Source of the DNA: Eledone cirrhosa | Taxonomy: Eukaryota | NCBI GenBank assembly: GCA_964016885.1 | Contig: OZ024743.1 | Location: 358,422,001 to 358,486,000, forward strand | Length of the DNA stretch: 64,000 bases | Direction: 5' to 3' | In this document: piece after piece, positions 31,540-45,547 of the stretch | Layout: the number at the start of each line of letters is the position of its first letter | Numbering within the stretch: the stretch's first letter is position 1 | Notes under the pieces: generated by a model | Databases searched by the model: none | Told to the model about the DNA's origin: nothing | The model's input: the letters and a program-made list of their open reading frames with translations, nothing else | Made by a program: the position numbers and the translations under genes

Positions 31540-31890
31540 GATTTCCTAATGAGAGGTAGCCTTAATCTTGAAAGGTAGATTTCCTCTTGAGAATCATGGG
31601 AGTTAGACATAATCATGTGAGTTAGACATAATCATGAAAGGCAGACGTAATCTTGAGAGGGAGACTTAATCATAGGAGGTAGATATAATCTTGGGAGGTT
31701 GACATAATCATGGGAAGTAGACATAATCTTGAGAGGTAGACATAATCTTGAGAGGTAGACATAATCGTGGGAAGTAGACTTAATCTTGAGAAGCAGACTT
31801 AATTATATGAGGTTGGCTTAATCTTGAGAGGCAGACATAATCTTGAGGGTGTTTTAATTGTGGAAGGTAGACATAATCTTGGGATGCAGA
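31540..31890. repeat. 20-bp minisatellite (ataatcttgagaggtagac-like), ~16 degenerate units
   Basis: Visible 20-nt periodicity. Confidence 0.9.
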
Positions 31891-32489
31891 CTTCATTCAT
31901 CACCCCATTTAACACCACTGCCTGGGACCTTAGATGCCTTTGGCTGAATTTGCTACCAATTCAGAGGCCCTAAAAAGTGTCATGGATACAGCCCTTCCTT
32001 CCCTGATGAAAAAAAAATAAATAAATAAATGAGTCATTCTTAATTCTTATAAAATAACTGAACTGATCTATCAGCTCACCACTATTTGTGCTAAAATCAA
32101 TGCAGGGTTAATTTTTCAACCCTTTTGATACCAAAACTGCTTGAAATCACTCTGGATTTATGATATAAAACTGCTCATTTCAAAATGTTTATTCTTATAT
32201 TAAAACCTTCCATTACAATTTTATTTTAGAAATTTTTTAAGTAACATTAACATCAGCTTACTAATGAAAAAATGGCATTAAAATACTTGTTGTACACATA
32301 CAAACATGGAGAAAAACAACATAGAATATCAAGAAAAAAAAACATCAGCACTGGGTCTATGGATTTGCTTCATAGGTTGCACTTCAGACACATCTTTAAC
32401 TGCCATTAAAGTCATTTAGAGTAAAAACAGTGATTTTTAATTTATTTTTGCTAAAATTTGATTTACAAATCTGCAAGCAACAAAAAGAC

Positions 32490-32990
32490 TGTTGCGAGAC
32501 TATGGTAAATGCTTTTGGACTCCACTCACAGTCACACTGGCTCAGTGCTGGCAGCTTCAAATGACATGCTGCTCTCAACATTTGTTAAATGTGGCTTAGA
32601 CACAGCTGCAACCAGTGAAGTTAGACTGAGGGGACAGCAAAAGGATAGATGGCATCATAATCTTCCCAATCTGAGGTAGTAAGATCTTTTTCTGGGATGC
32701 AACATCTGGGATGTAACATCTGGGACGTTCAAATGAGCGTCAGATAGGCTAAATTGACTGACAGGCTGAAAATTGCAAACTGACAAAATACTGGCTGTTC
32801 CCTGATATGTTTCTCATTGAACCCGTAGCTGTGGAGACATCTGGTGTCTTGGGTCCTCAAACCACCTTTAGACTTACTTTGATAGGGATGGAGATGGCCC
32901 TATACAAGAACAAGACCTGTGAGATGGACTGACTCTTTAAATGCATCTCCTTCTAAAATAATGCATTTACCAGTCTATCTGCTGAAACAA
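32490..32990 (+). pseudogene. CRE-like RLE relic
   Basis: RIDGIIIFP..FWDAT and IEPVAVETSGVLGPQT remnants. Confidence 0.65.
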
Positions 32991-33124
32991 TGAAACAACA
33001 ATAACTATATGGCCAATTTGTTTATTGAACTATTTAATCCTTTTGCGACCATATTTCTAATGAAATAAACTCTATTTCAATTAATTAATGAGGAATTTTG
33101 ATGGATTTATTAAAATTATTAATT

Positions 33125-33610
33125 ACACCTCTCTAAGACAATGTCACTGGATCAAGACCTTTGGCGCTACGCAGTAATACAGAAGACCCACCTTCCCTTA
33201 CGTATGAAGTTAAACCTAGTCAGTAGGCACCTCTTAATCAAATATACACCCCACTACTCCTACTCCATCCTCCCACTTCCGCCCACATCACCCTTTCTCT
33301 GTAAAGTTGTGTTGGTACCACAACATCCAGTCCACACTGTAAAGTGGTCGTGTAGGTGTCACGGCAAAAAGCATCCAGTCCATGCTGTAAAGTGGGCATG
33401 TAGGAGACACAGTAAAAAGGCTCCCAGTCCACACTGTAAATGTGGTTGGTGTTAGGAAGGGCATCCAACCGTAGAAAACCTGCCAGATACAGTTCTATAC
33501 GAGTGAGACACGGTCACCCGACCAATCTTGCCTCAAGTGGGACAATCCCATCTAACCCATACTAGTGTGGAAGATGGACGTTAAACAATGATGATGTTGA
33601 TGATGATAAT
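33125..33610 (+). mobile_element. RTE 3' end; similar tails at ~6510-6782(-), 14885-15290(-), 27270-27650(-), 36035-36270(-), 46370-46657(+)
   Basis: Shared ttggtgttaggaagggcatcca..gtagaaa core and (GAT)n tail. Confidence 0.85.
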
Positions 33611-33964
33611 TTCATCATTATTTCATCATTATGGTTCTTATATAAAATTATGTTAGAAGACAAAACAAGAGTTTGTTTTGAAGACAGGTAGCACAATTTG
33701 AAATTTAGTAGAAATAGAAGCTTTCACCGCATTTTTGACTAAATTATATTAGAAAATTTTAATTTAAATTGGAACTTTTTAAAATGGGTGGAGTTTTTTT
33801 TTTCTTAGCACCAAAGCCGGTTTTAGGTGGGCTGGTATAAAAAATGTTGAAGGACACTATGAATAGCAGTACCGCTAAGCTTTGTATAAAATACCAAAAT
33901 ATTATGAAGATAGCTTTGCAAATGAGCAGTGTAGACTGTCTCAAACAACTACTTGGATACTAAC

Positions 33965-34126
33965 CAACACATTTATGAAAGAGTGCTTTGAACAATTCCA
34001 TTTCTGTCTGCAGCTCAGCAAGTCTAAAGTGAACCACTTGATGACTAAGGACAGGTTTTTTGAAGATTATCCGACCAGCTGTATACTCAATAGTTTGTTG
34101 AATTATTTTCTCCAATGGCACAATCA
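33965..34126 (-). CDS. Acyl-CoA dehydrogenase exon 7
   Basis: aag|(L)IVPLEKIIQQTIEYTAGRIIFKKPVLSHQVVHFRLAELQTEMELFKALFHKCV|gttagt; 162 nt; not in the ORF track, read by hand. Confidence 0.93.
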
Positions 34127-34480
34127 CTTTAAACATGTAATAGAAAAAAACAAGGAAACAAATAGTACATTAAATAGTATATTAAATTTAAAATACAAAA
34201 TTGGAAAAAAACATTAAGTACATGAAATATGAATAGCTGTATTCTGTAAACCTTCAAATTATTTACAGCTTTATCTATATTCATAGTTATATCCCAAAAT
34301 ATTGATTGCCAATTTTGGGGGGGTATACACACACCTTCTCTCTCTCTCTTTCTCTATCTCTCTCTCTCTCTCAATTTTCAACTGCTAATTTTATGCAAAT
34401 TTTTTTTATTTCCATTGTCACTCTTGTCTTCATAAAAACAGTGACTATATTTCCATTATTTATTTTCAGAATAATTGATT

Positions 34481-35622
34481 ATGAATAATTTTGAACCTCC
34501 AAATTTGTGGAAGAGACACAGAGTTCTTCTTGGAATCCGCGCCGGGAGGACAAATAAGGAAATTTCAGACTTTCTCAGCGTCAGCAGGAGAATGGCGGAA
34601 AAGGTCAGAAAGGAATTGGAAGATTCAGGATTCAACTACGAAGCAACATCAGAGAGGAAAACACATGATCAACGATCTGACGCCTTCAGAACGCCCGAGT
34701 TCGTCGCTGAAGTTCAGGATATCATCAACAATGAACCTAGCAAGTCGATGCGTGCCATTGCAAGGGAGAAAGGCGTGGATGAAAAGCTCATTAGGCTGGT
34801 GGTACATGAAGACATTCGCTACGTTTCATACAAGATGAGGAAAGGACAATTTCTGTCAAAGGCGATGCAAGAAAAGCGATTGAAGCACACAAAGAAGCTG
34901 ATCAACAAGTTGAAACACCCACTGGAGCCAGACATGCTGTGGTTTTTCTCCGATGAGAAAAACTTCTGCCAAGACCAGAAGATCAACTCCCAGAACAACA
35001 GGTGGCTCGCTGTCTCATCCAAAGACGTGCCCAGAGTCATGCAGACAAAGTTTCCAGCGACAACATTGGTCTTAGGTGTCGTCAGCAGTCAAGGTGACGT
35101 CATGCCACCTCACTTCTTCCCTGAGAGCCTCAAGCTGAACACCAATGGCTACATCCGCATTCTGAGCGAGGTAGTAAAGCCCTGGATCGACCAGGTAGCT
35201 GCAGGTAGGCCATACCAGCCGAAAGACCCAAGCCTGGCTGTCAGAGAACTTTGTCGACCACACTTCACCTGACATCTGGCCTCCCAGCTCGCCTGACTGC
35301 AACCCCCTCGACTTCTTTGTGTGGGGCGCAGTGGAACGAGACACCAACAGATCTAGCTGCAATACGAAAGACGATCTGAAGGCCAGGATCACAAGTGCCT
35401 TTAGGGGCCTAAGTCGGGGGACAGTGACGAAGGTCTGTAGCCGGTTCCGAGGCCGCCTTGAGGCCGTCATCAAATCCAATGGCAGGTTTATCGAGTGAGA
35501 TCGAAAGAACAAGTCAAGAAGACAAACTGGCCCAAGTTTGATAAATAAATCTTAAAAAATAAAACTACTGTGTTATTTTTTCCTAGACAGTAATCTTGCG
35601 AACAAATATCGTTCTCACCCTG
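34481..35622 (+). mobile_element. Tc1/mariner superfamily DD37D (maT-like) transposase pseudogene with right TIR
   Basis: HTH region, WFFSDEKNF, then frameshift; downstream frame gives WPPSSPDCNPLDFFVWG...RFRGRLEAVIKSNGRFIE* (stop 35498); end ctcaccctg+TA; left TIR not seen. Confidence 0.88.
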
Positions 35623-35739
35623 TATATATAGGCGTAATTATATCTTCAAGAAGATGCCTCACATGCATTCACCTTCAGTGAACATAGCCTTGTTGAGGAG
35701 GTATTGATATTGATATCAGCAGACGGTGTCCAACATTCA

Positions 35740-36030
35740 TTGGGTGTTTTAACCCTCAACCATAACACCTTTTCACTTGTGGGTCAGCAGTAGTGGCCAA
35801 ATTACTGCCCATCTTCGCCTCCTAGCTTCCAGCTTATCTCCTCTCTCCTGTTCCAAAGCCAACAAGAGGCCCTTTCTGCTGCCTCCCCCATCATGCAAAC
35901 TGCAGCCTTCTTCTCTCTTCATGTCATTCCCTGCAGCCCACCTTGACTATAAATAGTCATGCCTGCCAACCTTTCCCCCTACACAAGTTCTTCATATTTG
36001 GCACTCTTTTGCCCAAAGGCATTGCCATGC
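35740..36030 (-). pseudogene. Hero-like non-LTR retrotransposon 3' relic (restriction-like endonuclease C-terminus)
   Basis: Translates KSAKYEELV..GW...VKVGCR and GEAAERASCWLWNRRE. Confidence 0.65.
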
Positions 36031-36546
36031 ATATATCATCATTATCATCATTTAACGTCCATTTCCCACAGGTTGTCCCATTTGAGGTAAGTTGGGTCAG
36101 GTGACCGTGTGTTATTCATATAGAACTGTTTCTGGCTAGGTTTCTACGGCTGAAAGCCCTTCCTAACGCCAACCACATTTACAATGTGTACTGGGTGCTT
36201 TTGTCATGACTCCTACACGACCACTTTACAGTGTGGGCTGAGGGCTTTTTGTCTTGAAACCTACATGACCAATGGAGACTATATGCCTTTGTCAATAATA
36301 CCTACGAGCGAGTGGCTTAGGTATAATCACATTTTTATACTGGTAGGTGAGTCTTCTTCACTACGCATTTCACCAGTCATCATGGTCCTTTCACCAGATA
36401 TTTTAGTATCTCAGCAATTATCTCTGAAGGTCCAGCAGCTTTATCTGCCTTCATATATTAAATGACCATTTTCAGTATATATATTTCTTTTAAATATTGC
36501 TTCTTTCCTGGCATCCATATCAATGTCATTATCATAGTTAAGAGAT

Positions 36547-36734
36547 AGGGCGGTAGATTGGCAGGGTCAGTACAAGGTTAAACGCCATGCTTTGCAGCAA
36601 AGAGTTTGGCCCTTTATGGTCTGAATTAAAATCCTGCTGAAGTTAACTTTGCCTTTCATCCTTACGGGGTCGATAAAATAAAGCACCAGTAATACACTGG
36701 GATAATTGCTGGCCTTGTGCCAAAAGTAGAAACA
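36547..36734 (+). mobile_element. tRNA-derived SINE family 1 with 19-bp TSD (attatcatagttaagagat)
   Basis: Full-length copy flanked by a direct repeat. Confidence 0.9.
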
Positions 36735-38252
36735 ATTATCATAGTTAAGAGATTGAGAATAAATAATTCTGAGATGACATCAACATGATGACTGCACCAA
36801 TCATTCATACACTGCATTCTGTTGTCTTCAAAGCTGGCTCTGGTCCAGGCTGGAGATTCAACTAGCCCCCAAAATCCACGTCTATCAAATGCTCATTAGC
36901 ACCATCTTTTTCTATGGCTGTGAGATGTGGCCAATGAGAGTGACAGATTTATGCAAGCTGGGAGTTTTTACCCTGTTTGCTTTCACTGAATCCTCCATGT
37001 TCATGTATTGGATTTTATGCCAATCTCTGAAATTCATTGTAGCTGCTGGATCAATTCCTTCCAACAAAATCTACTCAAAAGTTGTCTCTGTTGCTTTGGT
37101 CACACAATCCACTGCCCATGAGATGAACTCATCTGTGATACAGTCACGACAGAGCTCCTCCCAAGGTAATATAAACAGCAAAGCAGCCAGCTGAAAATGC
37201 AGATTGGCACAATTAATTCAGATCTTGAGTAAATATCTGGTCCTTGTATATATGGTGTCAACTATTGGAATGATGACAGACACAAGTAAATAAGAATCAA
37301 AATGAAATATGATATAATTAAGTTAATTTTCCTCATTGTATAATTATTTCTGGTGAGCTTTTTAATGTTCCCAGCATTAAAAATGTTAATACTAACTTAC
37401 CTATTATAAGTATCATAGTTTTGTTAATAATAAATTCAGGTCATTCTTTGCTTGGGGCCACATTTTTAACATTAACCCTTTTGATATCAAACCATATGTA
37501 ACTGCTCCTCGTTCTATGTCCATACCAATGCAGTCTTTTCTCTTGTACACTACATTCAATCCCACTTATGCCAGTTTTTCTCTCAGTACATTAATGTTTC
37601 ATCATTTATGCACACACTACTATTACATATCCATCAGAGCATGCTCACCTTATTTCTTTCCGATCTTCACAAATCTTGTGCATTCAAAATCCAAATCTCA
37701 CTTCCATGCAGCATCACATAAACTGCCTTTCACACTGAGAGAGAACTCCCTTATAGCTAGCAGAGGTAATAATTCCCAAACTTTTTCCAACTGGTTCTCA
37801 CTTTAGCTATTGTACTTTCAGAACAACCTTTACAACTGGTTCTCATTCTAGTTGCTATACTTTATATTTTTATAAAAACTTACCTTCATAATTTTATGTA
37901 AAAACATTTACTGTGTTTTGCTCCAAACACCATTTTTATAAAAGAAAAGTTGATTAGACTACTAATTCCCTTCAAATTCTTGATTATTTTCAAAATTATT
38001 TGAAAATAATAGGTAGTATCTTTCATAGATATATGCTAATGAAAGAGTTTAAGGCATTGCAAATCACAGAGAACCAATGAGAGGTTGCTGTCACTTTTAG
38101 AATTGTTGCCAGGAACTTGAAATTGGATCTTTAAGAGCTGAAAGCAATGAACTTGCTCAATAAAAATGTGAAATATTCTCTCACCTAAAACCTTTAAAAA
38201 GAAAATCATGAAAAAAAGTTTTTTAAAAATAAATAAGATATGTCAAACTCAC

Positions 38253-38426
38253 ATCCTGCAGATCCCCACATTCTCTCTTCTTGGAATTGTAACATCTGAT
38301 ACAAGAACCCTTTGCCTTCCTCTCCAATAATATAACGTTTTGGAACTCTGACATCTTCCATAAAGATCTGTCCTGTATCTGAACTCTTCATCCCCATTTT
38401 GTTGATCTTTTTAGTTACATGAACAC
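38253..38426 (-). CDS. Acyl-CoA dehydrogenase exon 6
   Basis: tag|GVHVTKKINKMGMKSSDTGQIFMEDVRVPKRYIIGEEGKGFLYQMLQFQEERMWGSAG|gtgagt; 174 nt. Confidence 0.96.
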
Positions 38427-39269
38427 CTAAAATTATAATTCACAATTACAATTTATCAGTGTTTTTTTTTTGGGGGGGGGGGGGGGTATGTATATCAGTT
38501 GTATCTTTTCAAGATTAACTCCCTTTAGTACAGACTGTCTAATATCATATTGATTTAGTTTCACTAAAGTAAGTCTCTCTGTCTATAATAATCAACATCA
38601 TATTCTTTGCAGTCACTCAACCTGCTAGAAATATCAGCAAAATCTCCAAACCTCTTTCTACTGCTTTAAAATGAATGAATATACTAGGTAGTCGATTCCT
38701 GGGTATGAAATAAAAAGAGGTACAATGGTCAAAGCCGCAACACCTATCAAACAATGAAAATCATCTAGCAACTCACCCTTCTGCTACTACCCACCTCCTT
38801 TTTCATTGCTTAGACACAAGGCTACACATTTATAAGAGAGACAAATGCGATAGTGTGGCGTTGTTTCCTCATTGAAAACATAATCATCAATAAACGTAGT
38901 GAAATGGGTTCAATAGAGTAAAAAACAAGCTGATATACGCGTCACAACAGTAACTTAACTTCTTGCTCTACTCTTTACGACGTACAAAATATATCTCTAC
39001 TTTGCATTGTCACCAACAAGAAAGATAATTCTATTCAGTAACCTCAAGAGTATTCTCCCTTGTATATTTTAATAATTGCTTCTACTTTTAGCACAAGGCC
39101 AGCAATTACCTAGTACATTACTGGTACTTTATTTTATCGACCCCGTAAGGATGAAAGGCAAAGTTAACCTCGGCGGGATTTGAACTCAGATCATAAAAGG
39201 ACGTAACTCTATGCTTCAAAGCATGGTGTCCGACTCTCTACCGATACTGCCAATCCACAATGAAAATTA

Positions 39270-39700
39270 TTGGGTAGTGTTCAGGTGCACTACAACTCAT
39301 CAAAGGTGTATGTATAGTACATAGAATAATGTACAAATGTCAGGAAAGTGAACAATGTATAAGTCATGATATACACACAGACACACACACACATGGAGGG
39401 GAAATATCAGGTATAGTGTTGGCGAATTTCGGGAAGCATGGAAGTTTTGAAGGACGCAGTGTCCCAACAGCTAACAACTGATGCAGGTAGTTTGTTCCAT
39501 GCTTCCACAGCTCTAAGCGTGAAAAAATGTTTCCAAAGTCATGGGAGCTGTATTGTTTTCTGATTTTGTAAGCATGTCCATGGGTGTTAGACATATGGAA
39601 TTCAAAAAGGTGCTCAGGGTTATTGTTGGGAAGACGGTTAATAATCTTGTGGGTGCCAAGGTGTTAGCAAAGAAATTGATGCTCTGATTGGGGAGGCACA
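39270..39700 (-). mobile_element. CR1-clade LINE 3' end
   Basis: SNTHGHAYKI...HFFTLRAVEAWNKLPASVV..SFK (TRGH/WNxLP motif). Confidence 0.8.
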
Positions 39701-40882
39701 GACATGAACCATCCTGAATAGATCCATCCACAACAACCACAACCTCATGTGATACATCATAGAGAGGGTAAGTAAGGAACCTGGCACGGGTAAGGCCCTG
39801 GTCAACTTAGATCAATCAAAAATTTCAATAGGGTTGACTATCAATTCTTGCCGGCTGTGCTCAAGACAGACTCATTTTCATGGGATGGATCACTGCAATG
39901 TAAAGAAACATCTGCTTAATGGTCAGAGCAAATGGCTACCTATCGGAACACTTTAGTATCATGCACTCAGTCTACTAAGGCTATCCTCTCTCATCTCTTC
40001 TCTATGTACTGACACTAGAACCACTACTGCAGAAACTAGAGATGTTGAGGGGCATCCCAGATAAACTAGGATGCTGAAGATTGGAGCAGCATATGTAGAT
40101 AATGTCACTGTAATAGTGTCAGACACCAAGCACATCAAGGTAATTGGCACCATATGAGGCAGTATTTGTTCTGGCATTTTACATCCCAAATTCAAATCCT
40201 GCTGTAGTCAACTTGGCTGCTCATCTTTTCAAGATTGATAAAATAAAGTATCACTCAAGTATTGGGGTCGATTAAATGACAACTCTTCGCACCATGTGCC
40301 TGAAACTGATTTATGAATGAAACTTATATCTAATTAGAGAGTTAAAGTAAGTGAATATGTTTCTGTTTTCATGTGTATCGAATTTATAATAGGTACACCG
40401 TGTTCCTGCATGTCGAAAGAAGCAACTAAAACAGTAGGTGTCAAAGACATCCAACAGTAAAACACTGCCTCATAAAGTCCCATCCAACACATGCCAGCAT
40501 GGAAGAGTGGCTATGTGATAATGATGGTAATGTGAACATCATGAGTGAATTTGCCTGGGTCCATGCATTTATGTCTGTACATTTATTTCTCTATCTTCAT
40601 GTCTGCATGTTTTTGGATTTCAGAAAAAATATTGAGATTATATGGTGTTAGGTAGGGCATCTAGCCATAGGAACCATGCCAAACATTGGAATGTATAAAC
40701 ATGTCCTGGTCCTTTGACCCATCCAGAAGAGCAGTAACTCCGAATGAGAAGTGATTTGGACATAACAACCTGTCCAACCCATTCCAATATGGAAAATGTA
40801 TGTATTATGATGATTTATATTTGGTGATAGCTTTTAATTGAAACACTAATAAAAGACAGAAAAACTAGAAATGGAATCTTAC

Positions 40883-41050
40883 CTGGTAAATTCATTGGCA
40901 TACAGATAAGACTTTTGTTCTGGTGAGATGGTCCATCAGATGTATTAGCCAACAAACACATCCAATCGGCTTGACAACCATTTGTTATCCACATCTTCTG
41001 ACCATTGATTATAAGATCCTCACCTTTTGATACAGCCTTTGTTTGAATAT
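40883..41050 (-). CDS. Acyl-CoA dehydrogenase exon 5
   Basis: cag|IQTKAVSKGEDLIINGQKMWITNGCQADWMCLLANTSDGPSHQNKSLICMPMNLP|gtaag; NGxKxWITNG FAD-binding motif; 168 nt. Confidence 0.96.
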
Positions 41051-41804
41051 CTGAAAATATATGTTTAGTTTTACAAGGTATCAAAACTCCTGGGGATGTA
41101 TTACAGTAGGCTTAGAATTGAAGTTGACAGTTTGTTACTAAATTCTTCACTTTTTCTCTCCATACATCAGAAAATCTCATGGGAAGAACAATAAATATTC
41201 TATCATGTATGGATAGTTTCTTAATTGATGACAATTATGTAAACAAATTTATATTATAATAACCGTACAGCTCTTTTATCTGTCATACAAATGGTTTGAT
41301 CAGTTAAAAACATTCTAAGATTCTGTGCAGAGGTTGTGAAAGCTGATCACAAATTGCTGAAGCTCACAAAGGAGATGATGAAGGACCTCAATGAGTGGAG
41401 GGATGCTGTGCTAGAAAAGACCCATCCGACACATGCAAGCATAGAAAAGTGAACATAAAATTATAGTGATGATGACGATGGTTCTTATATAATATTATGT
41501 TGGGATATTTAAATATAAATAGGAATACTTTAGAATGGGTAGTTTTGTTTTATAAAACAAAAGCTGGTTTTGGGTGTGTTAATAATATTATATACTTAGA
41601 TGTGTACTTATATCTAGGTTTTCATCAGGAGATTGTTTTTTGTTGTTTTTTTTTCTTCTATTCAACACATATGCACCCAAATAAAAAGTACTGTTTCATC
41701 CTTACTATCATCATTTAATTCAATCCTACTTCACCCAACCCTCTCTTTCATTCTTGTAAATAAACAAAGATACAAATAGTAAAGTAACACAGTTTAATAC
41801 TTAC

Positions 41805-41911
41805 TAGCAACATCTGATCCAGCTCCCACTTCACTGACCCCAATACAAGATACATAGTCACCAGCTATGGTTGGAACTAAGAATTCTTCCTTCAGTTTTT
41901 CACTGCCAAAC
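41805..41911 (-). CDS. Acyl-CoA dehydrogenase exon 4
   Basis: cag|FGSEKLKEEFLVPTIAGDYVSCIGVSEVGAGSDVA|gtaagt; ACAD signature (SExGAGSD); 107 nt. Confidence 0.96.
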
Positions 41912-43982
41912 CTGAAAGCACCAATATCATATTCAATTTAGGTTTGAAACCTCAAGATTATAAAGTAAAATATATGAATGTATTAATTAATGATCTGCTA
42001 AACAACATATATTGCTTAATCTGTAATGTATAGTAAGATATATCTGACAACGATCAATATAAACTTTAGCCGTCACTCTGATGTGTAATTGAATAACAAC
42101 AGAGCTGATGATAATAATGAAGGTTTTACTGGTGACAAAGATATAATTATAATAAGGTAAATGAAAAAAAAAGGAAAATACAAAGAAAGTATATGTTTCA
42201 TTGTCTGGCTATCATAAATAACAACTGAGAGATATATCTGACACAGCCTCACCTGGAATTGTGTCTTCACATCTGAACAAATGAGAATCAGAAAAGCTGA
42301 ACAGAAAGAAGGAAATATGAAAATCCAGAGCCACCAACACATTAGCACAGAGTGGAAACCACATTGTCCAGCATGTAATAGGCTATATCATGTCTATATT
42401 GAACTTGTTAACCCTGACTCCTGCACACACTGTTTGAATCCCCGAATCTATTAATAATATCAACATCATCATCCTATTAGTTAATCAACATAATCAAAGA
42501 CAACTATTGTCAATCAACCAATCATGTTCCCACTAGTGCAGCCAGTCATTGGGAACGATTGTGAGTCCATCATAACATTTCAGTGGGTCTTAGAAATGCT
42601 TGGTGGTACCCATCTCCCCTCCAAGCATCCAGTTTTCACTAAGTTTGGCCTTCCAGCACAAGCAGTTACTGGGGAGGGGTTTTAAAATGTCCCAGAACCA
42701 AAAGTGAGAGTCAGGTTAGAACTGGTGTACCCGTTCATCCCTAAGGATGCTGCTGCCATCAATATATTCTCCCTAGCCAAACACCATGCCTCCAAGATAT
42801 TTCTTCAAATCACTTCACACTATTTTCAAAGGAACATTGGATAACCCTATATCCAGTATTAAAATAAAATTTCTTTAAATTGTTTCACTTTATTATTATA
42901 TAGATAAAAAACAGACAACTGTATTGGTATACTATGTAATTTGTATATTGGATGATGCATGCTATGTAATATGTGTTGGATGATGCATTCTAGGCAATAA
43001 GGTATTGTGGCTTGGTGTTAGCGCAAAATTATATTATATAATTGTTTCTACTTTAGGCACAAGGCCAGCAATTACCCAGTGCGTTACTGGTACTTTATTT
43101 TATCGACCCTGTAAGGATGAAAGGCAAAGTTAACCTCGGCGGGATTTGAACTCAGATCGTAAAGGGACGTAACTATGCTGGAAAGCATGGCGTCCGATTA
43201 TATTATATTATATAATAGTGTATAAGGGAAGGAGGGAAGGTATAGTATGTATATCAGTCTTTTAGAATGCTAGCCATCTGAAGATCTATGACATAATTTT
43301 GTATGATGTAGTAGACTACCTCTCCCTCACCTAACTCATGCAATGCAAACAACAGATACAGACTTTATTGATATTGATGAAGGTGGTGGTAGTGGTGGTG
43401 GTGACATTGATTACAATGATGTTGAGTATAACACTGATAATGATGATGATAATGGAAATTTTGAGAACAACAATAATGACAGCGATGACATAAAACATAA
43501 TTATTGTTAGATAGTGAAATAGAAATAAAGCTTCCACCGTATTTTTGACTAAGTAAATTAGCCTAATAGTTGGAGTAATTAAAAACCCCAGATAGGAAAA
43601 AGGATGAGCAATGACATACATGGATCATGAACCCACATCTTTGGCTCTCATGACCACTGTATTTAACCATTACACCAATACGTCACCTACCATATACATG
43701 TATTCATACGCTATGATTATATAGCTTCAAATTGATTGGAAATTTGGTGGGTGACGTATTGGTGTAATGGTTAACACAGTGGTCATGATTGCTAAAGATG
43801 TCCTATGTACATCATTGCTCATCCTTTTTCTAATCTGGGTTTTTTTATAACTAACTATTAGGCTAATTTACTTAGTGAAATAGAGCTTCTGCTGTATTTT
43901 TGACTATCTATTTTTCAAAACAACGCTAAGCTCTGTATCTTATATATAATTATTGTTGTTTGAAAAGAGTAAAATAATGTAC

Positions 43983-44112
43983 TTAGAAAGTGCAGGTGTA
44001 CTCATGTCAGTTTGTACACCAATAGCCATTGGAATGGAACCACAGTTGATGTGTCCAATTTCTTCAGCCAGAGCCATTGAGTAGGAGAAATCAAGACCAA
44101 GTCCACCATATT
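43983..44112 (-). CDS. Acyl-CoA dehydrogenase exon 3
   Basis: tag|(K)YGGLGLDFSYSMALAEEIGHINCGSIPMAIGVQTDMSTPALS|gt; classic ACAD YGG.G motif; 130 nt. Confidence 0.95.
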
Positions 44113-45426
44113 CTATACAGAATTATAATCAAAGTGAAAAATTAATTAAACGAAAAAAAACATAAGCAAAAGGGCACAATTTTTTTGTTTGTTTTTTACA
44201 GTTGATTATATCAATAGTATGTGTATCCAGTTTAGAATAGGTACACCATATCCCTGCATGTCACAAGCAGTGACTAAAACAGTTGGCACCAGGACAGCCA
44301 TCCAGCTGTAAAACATTGCCTCAAAAAAGGACCCTATGATGAGTATGAATTCTGTCATTGGGCCTGCATGGTTAACCCATGTTTTAGCAAGGAAAACTCC
44401 ATGAGATACTATGTTTCTTAATGGTATGAAATAGACCCTTATCTGTCCCCTTGGATTGTTATTTTTCTTGTTCTTTGTTTTGATTTGTTGTTTTTCTATA
44501 TAATTTACAATCCATATTTTCACATCTCAGCCAATATCCAGTGGTGATAGAATTTTGTATTTACCATGCATTGATGATTACATAGTGTTGGAACTGTTAG
44601 TAGGAAGTGTTAGAAGTAAGGATAACAGTGAGATGATGAGAAAACTATGTTCTCAAATATGTTGTCCACCTCGACAGGGTTAATCTCGGCAGGATTTGAA
44701 ATCAGACCGTGAAGGGCCGTAACTCCATGTTGCAAAGCATGGCATCCAACCCTATACCGATACTGCCAATCCATCGCTGTAGCAGTGTCATGCTGTGAGT
44801 GTGAAATATGTCTGTAACTCTGTCAATCCACCATCAGTGTGGTTTTCTCCTGATTCTGAAGCCCAAGCAATTGGTGTTATAGGCCCACAGGTCTGGCTTG
44901 ACAATTCGTATTCTTACATGTTACTTAGCTATAAACAGGATGATAAGAATAACATCAACCAACTGCCTAATGTGTTTGTCTCTGATTCAATTTCTACTGT
45001 TTTTACCAGCTGCTTGCCAGAGTCATCAAAAGTTGTGAGTTGCAGTAGCCTATTTTCCAATGACTCAGTCAGAAGAGAAAGGGAATTATCCACATTTTTC
45101 AGGGCCTCAAAGTCTGTTAGGAGGGTGGATGGTGGTAGTGGTGAGGAGGGGGGGGGGGGTATCATCAGACCAAAGATCTGACCTGAATGCTTGCAACAAA
45201 GTGAAATCTGCTAAAGATACACAAGGACCAGGAGGAGTTGTTAAACTGGGCATCAGGTTAAATCTATTATCTAAGTACAGATCATTCTTCTGACAAGCTT
45301 CAACAGTTTCCATCTATCAACTTACACTCGCAAAGTATGAATCAGTTCTGTAATTTTTATATGTTGAATGATTCTCTCATTAAAATGGAAATTTTTTTAA
45401 TCAACAAAAAATAAATAGCAACTTAC

Positions 45427-45547
45427 TGGTAGGTTTGTTAACTCCTAGAAACCCTTGATCACCAAGTTTCTTGAACAGCTCATGAGCAGGGAAAATCTCT
45501 GCCTTCTCCCATTCATCAACATATGGGTTTATCTCTTTTTCAATGAA
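45427..45547 (-). CDS. Acyl-CoA dehydrogenase exon 2
   Basis: cag|FIEKEINPYVDEWEKAEIFPAHELFKKLGDQGFLGVNKPT|gtaagt; 121 nt, in phase with exons 1 and 3. Confidence 0.95.

Noticed and set aside
31540-31890. Regular 20-bp repeats as CRISPR or a binding-site array
   Set aside because: Head-to-tail minisatellite without spacers.
33882-34217. 111-aa plus-strand ORF
   Set aside because: Antisense shadow of ACAD exon 7.
44795-45313. Moderately complex ORFs in intron 2
   Set aside because: No recognisable motif or splice-consistent link to the ACAD frame; left unassigned.
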